The position numbers were made by a program, and so were the translations under genes. Shown piece after piece: positions 48,096 to 58,371 of a DNA stretch of 64,000 bases. A model generated the notes under the pieces. The model was not told the origin of the DNA. It did no database searches and worked only from the letters and a program-made list of their open reading frames with translations. The stretch is from NCBI GenBank assembly GCA_001179505.1, contig CDMY01000466.1, positions 305,087 through 369,086 on the forward strand, written 5' to 3'. Each line of letters begins with the position of its first letter. Position 1 is the stretch's first letter. The DNA comes from Vitrella brassicaformis CCMP3155 (Eukaryota; Protista; Chromerida).

Positions 48096-50269
48096 TCACG
48101 AGCCGGACGACCTCTTCTTGCCCCACTTCATGCCCTCCCCGCTCACGCCGATCTTCTTCTCCTGCCGACCAAGCGACTGCGTGTCGTGCAGCATCGGCCT
48201 CCGGCTACTCTGCGGCTGCACGGCCGCGTGCGTGGCACCAGCACTGGACATGGACATGGCAGCCGATGAGCTGGCGGCCGACTCGCGAGTGGGGGAGTCG
48301 CGGGACTCGTGGGTCCCGCCATTGACAATGGCTGGGAAGGGGTCAGTGGTGAAGCTAGGGGCTGCCTGCTGCTCGGGGTCGTGATGAGGGGCGGCTGTGG
48401 GGGGCGGGCCGCCGCTCATGCCGCCCCAGACATCATGCAAGAAGTTTCTCGGGTTGGTCGACGCTCTGACAGACAGCCAGACAGGCGGCATGTGTGTGTG
48501 TGTGTGTGTGTGTCTATGGGGCTGTCTGTCTGTCCATGACTGACCCAGTGACGTCTTCCACTTCTCTGGCGGCTTGCACGACGTCCAGAAAGTTGACCCC
48601 ATCCATGAGCCGCCTCCTGAGTGCGTCGAGCATCATCATGGAGACATAGCCACCACCGCCCATTTTCATCTTCTCGTCCAAAGACATGTTGTCACTCTTT
48701 TCATCATCAGGCCGCTCCATCCCGCGGTCGACCTCCACCCCCTCATCAGGACCGCCCTGCTCCTCGTCCTCCTCCTTGACACACTCGAGCAGCATCCGCC
48801 TGCGATCGTTGTCATCTTGTATGTCGACGCGGGTGGCGCCACGCGCCGACCGTGCCTTGGCAGACTTGGCCGACGCCGTGTTTATCTCAGAAGCGCCAAA
48901 GGGACCAGCTACGCTGCGTGTGAGCTCGCCCGAGATGAGCCTGGCGTGGTCGACGAGTGGCCGCGAGAACTCATCGTACGGGTAAGCTGCAGGCATGACA
49001 CACACAAGAAAGAACAGACAGACAGACAGACAGACAGAGAGACAGACAGAGAGACAGGTGAGACGTGGCTGGCTTGGTGCTTGGTGGGGTGGATGGGAAC
49101 CTTACATACTCACCATAGCAGTGTGCGATGGCGAATCCGAGCATTTCGATGCAGAGCACAAAGTTGCCCACCCCTATTGCGATCTCGCGGGTGCTCCAGG
49201 TGTGGATCAGCTCCCACTTCTCCGCTTTAATCACTCCCACATACTGAAGCGCTGCACACACACAAACACAAAGGCCCACACAAAATGCATGGGAACACAT
49301 GTGTGTGTATGTGGGCGCCGTGCGCACCTGCGATGGCCACCGACTGCCAGAAGGTGAAGAACACCAGCCCCTTGATGCAGAGGAACTTCGCAAGGGGTCT
49401 GATGTTGACGAGCTTGTGGTGTATGGCGTGGTAGAAGAGGATCAGCGAGTACATGGCCCAGATCTGCGAGAAGTTCTTGAGCAGGGTCAGCCACGGGTAC
49501 ACCGACTGGAAGGTGAAGCGGCCCTCCTTGTACACTCGGAACGACCACGCCACGAGCGACACGATGGTCGTGAGGATGGATATGGGGATGTACTGCAGCA
49601 CCCCGCGGAAACACATGGCGAGGAACTCTCCACCCATGTGCCAGTCGCGCAGGAACCATCTGAAGGGGATGAAGTGTGTCGTGGGGTTGCCCTCCTCCTT
49701 GAGCAGACGGGCCAGATTCTGCGGCCCGCCCAGGTAGGCCAGCATGAACTGCAGGAAGGAAAACAGTACGAACGCCTCGTAGAGCTCGCGGATTACCGTG
49801 AACACCTCTGAGTCAACGATCCACAACGGATACGTGGATGAATGGATGAGTGGGCAATAGCACCTGTCTGTTTGTCTGTGTGTCCGTGTGTTTGTCTTCG
49901 CACCTACCTGTCCAGTTTCTGTCAGATGACCCGACGAGGAGGGACCACCAGCAGTCGATTGAGAAGACGGGCACCAGGAGCAGTATCCTCACTGTGTACT
50001 TGGTCATACCCCAGTACTGCGTGTGGTGCACGTGCCGCATGATGTGAATGAACGACACAACCGTCGCCGTGTATGCAAACCTATCACAACGAGACGACGA
50101 CACACACACACAAACAGCACACACAGACAAGGGCCAGAGAGAGAGTGAGTGAGACAATCGCAGCCGAGCATTTCTCATGCGCAGGTGCTCACACTGTGGC
50201 GACTGCATCGGCCCAGAAGTGCAGCGGGAGGGCGTGGGCGGCCTTGGCTGCGTCACCAAGCAGCGCCAT
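48096..50269 (-). CDS. TMEM184: TMEM184 / organic solute transporter Ostalpha family protein
   Basis: YTVRILLLVPVFSIDCWWSL, VIRELYEAFVLFSFLQFM, GVLQYIPI, NFSQIWAMYSLILFYHA, RPLAKFLCIKGLVFFTFWQS, NFVLCIEM. Confidence 0.9.
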
Positions 50270-50362
50270 TGCCGCGTCGATGTGCAGAAAGAGACGGGAG
50301 ATAGAAAAGCAGCACAAGCGAGGACAGAGGCTGCTCTCCAACCTATTTGCTTCTTGTGATCT

Positions 50363-50379
50363 AAGCTCGCAGCGAGCTT
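50363..50379. promoter_or_regulatory. Inverted pair of the candidate promoter motif (AAGCTCGC-A-GCGAGCTT) between divergent TMEM184 and PheRS
   Basis: Read directly; the same motif recurs in other divergent intergenic regions (see findings). Confidence 0.5.
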
Positions 50380-50466
50380 TGCCTCTGGCGCGTGAAGGAA
50401 CCCTTAGCGCGTGAAGACTAGCAGCAGACGCGAGATCTACCTTGGTTCATCCCATCTGACCTGACA

Positions 50467-52159
50467 ATGAAGCAGCCGTGGCCGTCATTATGCGCCCTCA
50501 TTGGCATCGTCCTGCCGCAGCGTGCTGCCGCATTCCGTACGCCCATGCAGCTATCGCGACTGCAGCACTCCCACCCCTCTCAGTCACTCTCGACACACAG
50601 CAGAAGGCAACACAGGCGGCAGTCGGCCACCCGTCAAGGTGTGTCGATGCAGCTGGTGGAGACCGCGCCGCCGTCAGCCGAGGTGCTGCCGATGAAGACG
50701 GCCTTCAGCAACGTGCCGCCGTCCGTCGAGAAGAAGATCGGGCGCAATCTGCACAACCAGAAGAACCACCCGCTGGAGATCCTCAAGCGGCACATATATG
50801 ACTACTTCCTCGCCCTCGACGGCTACAACTTCTCGAGCCACGACTCGCTCTCGCCCGCTGTGTCACTCGAGGACAACTTTGACAAGCTGCTGATTCCCCA
50901 GGACCACCCCGCCCGCGGCAAGACCGACACCTACTATGTCAATGAGGGCACGGTGCTGCGGACGCACACGTCGGCGCACCAGAATGAGCTGCTGGCGCAG
51001 GGGCACCGGTGCTTTCTGGTGACGGGGGATGTGTACCGGAAGGATGAGATCGACCGCTCCCACTACCCCGTCTTCCACCAGATGGAGGGGCTCTGCATCG
51101 TCGACGACGGCGTCGACCCAAAGGACGACCTCATGCGGGTCAGTCAGACCCCTCCCCACTCACCACACGCATACACACGCGATACACGACTGCGCCCTGT
51201 CGGTGCTCTCCCTTCCTCAGGTGATCGGCGGTCTGATAGAGCACCTGTTCCCAGGGTGCGAGTGGCGGCTCAACGCCGACTACTTCCCCTTCACCGACCC
51301 CTCCTTTGAGATCGAGGTCAGGTACCAGGACAAGTGGCTCGAGATACTCGGCATGGGCGTCGTCCAGCCAAAGATACTCGAAAACAACGGCTTCAGCGGC
51401 GAGAGGGGCTGGGCTTTTGGTGTGGGCTTGGAGCGGCTGGCGATGCTGTTCTTCGACATCAATGACATCCGTGTGTTCTGGTCGGAGGACCCCAAGTTCC
51501 TCTCGCAGTTCGAGAGCGGGGAGTTCGTCAAGTTCAAAGAGTTCTCGAATGTCGACCCGGTGAGGGAGGGAGGGAGCGGTGGAATGCAATTCAACTGCAC
51601 GGTCGCGCTGACCTATATTGTCTGTATTCTCTGTGTGTGTGTGTGTGTAGGTCGAGAAGGACATATCGTTTTGGCTGGACAGTGACGAAGTGGCTGAGGG
51701 GGAAGACGGAGACGACGACTGGACCTGGTACGCCCACCACTACACATCTGCACCCGCGTGGACACACTCATGGGTGCAGTGTGCTTGGCCGGTCTGTGTT
51801 GTGTTGTGTTGTCCAGGACGGACGCGAATTCGTTTTACGAGTTGATTCGCGAGAACAGCGAGGACCTGATAGAGGAGAGCATTCTGGTCGACCGCTTCTT
51901 CCACCCCAAGAAGAAGCGATTCAGCCACACATACAGGCTCAGGTTCAGCCCAGCCGCGACGGTCAAGGTGCGCGACACACACACATATGGATAGAAGAGG
52001 CAATGGTGAATGCGGGCATCCACCGATCTTTGTCTCTATGTGTGCGTTGGTCTGATTTGTCAGGACCCGGCTGAGTTCACGTCAGCGGCGAATGAGAAGA
52101 TGGAGATGATCAGATCTCTGGTCGCGGAGAACCTGAGGATCGAGCTCAGGGAAAAGTGA
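50467..52159 (+). CDS. FARS2: Organellar monomeric phenylalanyl-tRNA synthetase
   Basis: NLHNQKNHPL, NFDKLLIPQDHPARGKTDTYY, LRTHTSAHQ, GDVYRKDEIDRSHYPVFHQMEG, YFPFTDPSFEIE, GWAFGVGLERLAM, and a C-terminal FDX-ACB region (DRFFHPKKKRFSHTYR). N-terminal signal plus AAAF transit-like leader. Confidence 0.92.
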
Positions 52160-52367
52160 CCATGAAGATGAGGACGAGGGATGCATGCTCTCTGCTGTTG
52201 TGTGTCATGTGGCGGGGAGAGAGGCATGTAGTCGTCTAGCTTTGACGCTGTGTGCCGTGTCCATTCGTTTGACTGCCGCGTCGGATGCCTCTCGTGTTTC
52301 TTGAGCAGACAGTAACACGAAACACATCTAAGGCGGCAGCGGAAACGATCGATTGAGATGGTGAAGG

Positions 52368-52667
52368 NNNNNNNNNNNNNNNNNNNNNNNNNNNNNNNNN
52401 NNNNNNNNNNNNNNNNNNNNNNNNNNNNNNNNNNNNNNNNNNNNNNNNNNNNNNNNNNNNNNNNNNNNNNNNNNNNNNNNNNNNNNNNNNNNNNNNNNNN
52501 NNNNNNNNNNNNNNNNNNNNNNNNNNNNNNNNNNNNNNNNNNNNNNNNNNNNNNNNNNNNNNNNNNNNNNNNNNNNNNNNNNNNNNNNNNNNNNNNNNNN
52601 NNNNNNNNNNNNNNNNNNNNNNNNNNNNNNNNNNNNNNNNNNNNNNNNNNNNNNNNNNNNNNNNNNN
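52368..52667. other. Assembly gap (300 N)
   Basis: Run of N. Confidence 1.
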
Positions 52668-53376
52668 GGGGGGGCGTTTTTGTAGTCCGATGAATCGTGC
52701 ATATCACATACGTAGACACAAACACTCACACACACGCGTGTGTTAGCGCTGCGGAGTGGTGCATTCTTATGTGTATGTTGGCATATGCGTGACTAAGTGA
52801 TGACTCAATGTCTCAAAGAGACCCAAAGACCAACACATGAGTGAACGCTGACGGACGATCGAGTAATTGCCCACCGAGGCACCAGCCACGTCTCATGATC
52901 AGTTGAAAGGCTCAACGAAACATAAGATGCAGACAGCGGTGTCCGCTGACTGTCTGATTGCCATGCCATCCAACTCATCTCTCCTCCCGATCCTGCTCTC
53001 ATGAGCACACGCAAACGGTGAAACCATTACACATGAGCGAGAGATGACTTCATCACACATGTGTCTGAATCTGGCCACGGACATGGTCTGCCTCTTCCCA
53101 CCAAGCAACGTCCCCTAGAATGTGCCCAACCAATATAAAATGTAGGCACCGATCTGCACATTCTCCGTGTGCCACGCCACGGTCCTTGACGTTGGGCCGC
53201 CGCCCTTGGCTCGCCACCTGGGAGTCGCCCACACACAGACGATCGCCCCTGTCCCAATCCCATCCCATGACGCTGACACTTAAAAAGACGCTGTACACTG
53301 TCTGTCTGTCTGTCTGTCTGTGTGTCTGTCAGTCAGTCAGTTAGGCAGGCAGGCAGGCAGGCAGGCAGAGGCCGAC

Positions 53377-54514
53377 CTACGCCTGTGTACCTCTCTTGCG
53401 TGTGTGCCAGCCATGTGTGTGTGTATGGTGTGTGTGCGCCATAGCTCGCGTCATCCTGATGAGCGCGGGCGGCGGGATGGCGAGACGCTTCTTTTTGGGG
53501 ATGGCAAGACGCTTCTTTTCCCAAAAAGAAGAGATGAGAAAAGGGCACCAATGAGCAATTGCCAGTGAGAAAGAGGCACCAATGAGAAAATGGCGGAGGT
53601 CCTCCTCGTCGTCGTCATCGCCCTCATCGCTGCTCGAAGGCTCATCTGCTCCCGGTGGTGATGGGGCTGCTGCTGCTGCTGCTGCTGCGGGTTCGCTCGG
53701 AGTGGTGGGGGCGTCTTGGAAAGGAGGAGGGGCGACGTCCTCACCACCAACAGCTGCTGCGGCCTCCCGCCTCTCCGTCATTGCCGCCTCGTAGCGGGAC
53801 CGCAGGCGCATTTCGTCGCTCCTGGGCAGTTGGACGCCAGCCAGAGGGACAGAAGCGCTTCGTCCGTGGCCTTCTGCTGCTGCGCCATGGCCGCCTCGTC
53901 CATGGGCTCTTGTGCAGCAGCGGCCGTACCGGCGCCTCTACCCCGTCGTCGCCCTTGTGGTGCTCGCGCGGGGGGGCTGGTCTTGTCTGGGGTGGGCTGG
54001 GTGGGTGACCGGGGGCGGGTGGGCAGCACCTCAGCCGCAGCGGCAGCGGCAGCAGCAGCAGGGCGCGATGGCGGGCAGGCGGGGAATTGGAACTCCAGCA
54101 TTTCGGAAGCACACACAACAGAAATCGATGATGGACTGCATTGCGTTCTGTATGTGTCTCTGTGTTGTCTGCGTTTCGCTTACTTATATCCTTGTTGAGT
54201 TCATTTATATCCTGTTATAGTCGTTGGAGCCGTCCCTCCCGCTGCCCGATGGTCTCCCTGGCTCGCGCCTCCTGCCGCGCTGTCTGGCGGCGGCCGGCCT
54301 TGGAGGCCCGCAGCACCTCGATCTGCGCCCGCAGGCCCTCGATCTGCTGCTGGCAGCCGGTGAGGGCCATCTGGGCGATGCTGCGGCACAGAGAATGGTT
54401 GGATTGGCGGAAACATGCATCGTATGGCCTCGCTGGGCGACGCCGTCCGGCTGTACGTCCGGCTGTGGATGGCAGGTGAAAGAGGAAACGTGGACGAAGC
54501 CGGGAGAAGCTCAC
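53377..54514 (-). pseudogene. Probable degraded gene encoding a coiled-coil/low-complexity protein
   Basis: The frame QQQIEGLRAQIEVLRA...GRLQRL*QDINELNKDI is interrupted by TAA at 54215-54217 just before a GTAAG donor. Downstream coding-like segments change frame. Confidence 0.35.
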
Positions 54515-54727
54515 AAACAGACCAAAACAAAAAGATGCGGTCTCAATTCGCCGCGATTCTCGCCGTTATTTGCGTGTTTTCTCTGTTTTCGTTGTTTTCC
54601 CTCACGAGGCCTGCCCTCACGCACCACATCAACAGCCCGGGGCAGATCCGGAGCACGGGCTCAGATCCGGGGAAGAACAGCCAGACAGGGTCGTGAAGAG
54701 TGCGCCAGAACTATTCGTTCCTTCGGT

Positions 54728-54878
54728 CACCCCATGTGCCAGCTCTTCCCCTCCAATGCATCCCCGGCCCCGCACCCTGCCAACGCATCCCACCCCATAT
54801 TGGCCCGGATCACGGAGGAGCTCACGGAGGAGCAACTGGACGAGCTGAACCGCGAGGGCGAGATCTTCTCCCGCTCGT
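54728..54878 (+). repeat. About 150-bp direct repeat of 56700-56848 (3' part of putative ORF1)
   Basis: cagctcttcccctcca.tgcatccccggccccgcaccctgccaacgcatcccacccc...gagggcgagatcttctcccgctc occurs at both sites. Confidence 0.9.
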
Positions 54879-55365
54879 CGTGAACTCCTTCCATCATCAT
54901 TCGAGTCGATCTATGTACGGCCCTCGACGTCTTCCTCAGACTGCTGCTGCGATTCATGGCCCGGACTAAGGCTCATCAGCAAGTAGCGCGATGCACGACC
55001 CCCACAGCAAAGCAGAACCCTGTGCACTCTGGGCCCATTCCTCTCCTCTGAATATATCAATGGAACTCTCCTCTGCCGCTCCTCGCCTTCCCCCCCTCCC
55101 GTCGTGAACCGTCCTCTCCGTTGGCACCCACTGAGCGTGCTCTACTTCAAGATCTGTCTACCAGGTGTGCCAATACTCGCTGTCTGCATCAGGTGTGCCA
55201 ATACTCGCTGTCTACTCGGGCTGTTTCTGGTGCCGCACCAAGCAAAACCATCGGCTTTGAGACCTGAACCCCTGCAGCAGCCCCTCTGCCCTCAGCACTC
55301 GGCTATCCCGCCGCACCCCTACGCTGACGCCCACCGCGGTCTCACTCACCTCCCCCTCACCCTTC

Positions 55366-56987
55366 ATGGACTCCACCTCGCCCCCTGCAGCCTCCCCCAT
55401 GGCTGTCTCTCATGATGACCCCACCACACGTCGAGCAGCGCTGACGCAGCGCATCTTAGCCCAGCAGACTGCAGACCTTCCAGCTGACGGGCAGAAGATG
55501 GCGGGAATGGAGACCGCCATCAAGCAGCTGGTGATGCAATCTGGAGTTTCGAGCACTTCTCTGACCCTCGATGACATCATCAAGGTCGGCGTGGCGGCTG
55601 CAGTGTCCGGCTACGACATGGCCATGCGAGCGACTGCCGAGATCCTTCCCGAGGCCGTGGCAGACGTCCAGGAGACGACGGCCGACTCCATGCGCAGCCT
55701 CGATGACGCCGTCACCCATCTAGGCCACAAGCACGACCAGCTGCTCGGTGGCGTCACTCATGCGGTCGCTAACCTCACCAAAGTGGCCATCCACCAGGAC
55801 AGCCGCCTGGACGCCATCAGCGGAAGGCGGTTCAAGGGCGGCTTCGCATCAAGAACGTGCTGCACCCCAATGACCCTCCCCTCCCCCCCGCCCACCTCAA
55901 GGCGTACATCTGCAGCCTCCTGGCCAACGCCACCCCCTCCCTCCCCCCATTCGACACGCGCAGCTTCGCGTGCTTCGCAGTGGGCTCCCGCTCGCGTGAT
56001 GTCATCATCCACTTCCACGATGGTGACTTGTCCTCAGCCCTGCATGCACGTATGGAGAGCGGTCATGGCCTGCAGCTCTTCAATGGACCGACCTACCCGC
56101 TGTTGAGTGAGAGAACGGCTGGCGACCACCTCAAGTACGGATTGCGTCTGGCCGAGCGCACACAAAAGGCGGATGACATCTATGTGGGACCGGCATTGGC
56201 TGTCCCGTCGGCAGAGGCGCTCTCGCCCCCCCACCCCACATATGACCTGCACCTGCTCACGCCGCTCGCCCTCCCACGTGTGTCTGCGCGCGACTTCACG
56301 GAGGCCGTTCATCAGCTCAACGACGCTGTCGACCCCCTCCCCCCGTCCATCCCAGATGCCCGCCCGTCCTCACCCCCACCCAACCAACGCAAGCGCCACC
56401 GTGCATCACCCGCACGCCCGGCACTGTCGACGCACCCTCGCCCGGCGTCCCAGGTCCCGCTGATGCTGCCGGCGCCGTCGACACCAGCGGGAGCAGGCCC
56501 GTCGATGCACACACGGCCACCGTCGGTGCCTACTAGACCGTCTCGGCCTCGGGCGCCGCCCATGCCCGCCATGTCACCGGCGTCCGCGTCCATGCCATCG
56601 GGGGGGTACATGGCACCTCCGCCAGCACCGGTGCCGTATGCAACGTACATCCAGCCCCTCTCCTCGTGCGCACCCCCTGCCCCACAGCCCGGCCCCTATG
56701 CACCCCATCCGCAGCTCTTCCCCTCCAGTGCATCCCCGGCCCCGCACCCTGCCAACGCATCCCACCCCATGTTGGCCCCGATCACGGAGGAGCTCACGGA
56801 GGAGCAACTGGACGAGCTGAACCGCGAGGGCGAGATCTTCTCCCGCTCCGCCAGCAGTCGCTCGCTGGCCTCCATGCGGACAGCTACTAGCCTGCCGGGC
56901 CCCTACCCACCCCACAAGCCGGGCGTCATGTCAACGTGGGCTGGCCTCAATGCCCCCGGCGTCCCCCGTTTTCGTCACCAACGCTAA
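55366..56987 (+). pseudogene. Putative LINE ORF1 (coiled coil + RRM-like + Pro-rich tail), frameshifted near 55830-55845
   Basis: ORF 55366 (heptad-like helices) shifts into RLRIKNVLHPND..., reminiscent of the L1 ORF1 RRM start, then continues to the stop at 56987. Confidence 0.5.
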
Positions 56988-57700
56988 GGACAAGGGGAAG
57001 GGAGAGCAAGGAGGGTTGGGTGCACGCAAGATCTCCATCCGTTGGTTTCATTGTGTTGTTCGTCATTGTCAGCCGCTGGGAATGGTCGTTTTCGCCTGGT
57101 GGCTATATTGTATTCTTGGCTGGATGGGACTCTGTTCATCCGCTGCCCGTCTCGCGGGGCTTAAGCTAGGTGATACACAACACTCCCCCTTCCGCCCTGT
57201 TGTCTCCGTCCGCTCTTGGTCCGCATATGTCGCATCAGGCTCTTGCTGGTTGCGGTGTTCCTCGGCGAGTTTTCCGTGGTGGACACTTACTCGCAGCCTT
57301 GTACTGTGGCTGCCTATACCCCTTCTTTTTCCACCACAGGCCGCCATGCTGTTGTTTTTCGTATACTTCTTATTGAGTCTCTTCTCTGCCGTGCTGTTCG
57401 TCATTATGCGCGCGTGCCTGTACCTACTTTACTGCCCGCCTCGCTTGTATCCCCTCTACTCCCTTCCTCCCCGCCTCCCTGCTTGCAGATGGCAGCGATG
57501 GCGCCCACCCAGTGACTTGCATCGGTTGCATGCCATTCAATGGCTCATGCACTGCTCTCGCATCTGCTGGCTGCCCTTCTGGCAGTCTCATCAGGTGGCA
57601 GTACGAGTACGTATAGCAGCTCTGCTAGTAGGTGGGGAGGCGTCGGTGGTGTTACCCTTGCTGGGCGTGGGGGGAGACTTGGTAGCCACATTGTGGGTGG

Positions 57701-57932
57701 GTGCGGCGTTTCGTGTGCATGATGCGTGGTGGGAGGGGAAGGGCAGGCAGTCGAAGTGGCCGAGGTTGGGTGCGTTTCGTGTGCATAATGCGTGCTTCGT
57801 GTGCATAATGCGTGCTGGGAGGGAAAGGGCAGGCAGTCGAAGTGGCCGGGGATGGGTGCGTTTCGTGTGCACGATGCGTGCTGGGAGGGACAGGGCAGGC
57901 AGTCGAAGGGGACGGGGTTGGGTGCGTTTCAT
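57701..57932 (+). repeat. Tandem repeat of about 66 bp (3 units plus a partial) with a 20-bp internal duplication
   Basis: Unit gtgcgtttcgtgtgcaNRatgcgtgStgggagggNNagggcaggcagtcgaag... starts at 57701, 57770, 57856 and 57922. Confidence 0.9.
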
Positions 57933-58371
57933 GCGTATGTAGGAGGGGGGAGGGGCACAAATCTGACTGACTCGTTGCATCTTCAGCGCATGGCGGCACC
58001 AGGGGGCATGCCTCGCGTCTCCTCCGATGAGGGGGGAGGCGTGCAGCCTGGGTCGCTCTCCTCATGCGTGCTGGAGGCACGGTCAGCTCATCGTACAGGT
58101 ACAAGTCATGGTTCATTACATGTCGGCGGGGTGTCTGATTCATGCATGTTGCGTGCGGTGTTGTGTTGTGGGCGGGGGATGGGCAAGTGGTGTGCCCGTG
58201 TATTTTTGCACATGGCCGAGTGGCTAGCAGCACGCGGGGGGAAAGGAAGAGGCAGAGGCAGGGGGCGGGCGAGAGGCAGACCCATTCATAGACAGGCAGG
58301 GCCAACCAGGCGCACAGCGCCCATCTGGCGTGGGACGCGGCTGCCCCCGCCGTCGGCCCCGCCCATCCATG

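Noticed and set aside
52060-52735. ORFs spanning the second N gap
   Set aside because: Artefacts of the N run.
53053-53298. Possible terminal exon of the decayed minus-strand gene
   Set aside because: Open frame, but no recognisable domain and no secure junction.
57792-58371. N-terminal part of the 631-aa ORF as true ORF2 sequence
   Set aside because: It reads through the tandem repeat and spacer; endonuclease-like sequence starts only around 58372-58420.
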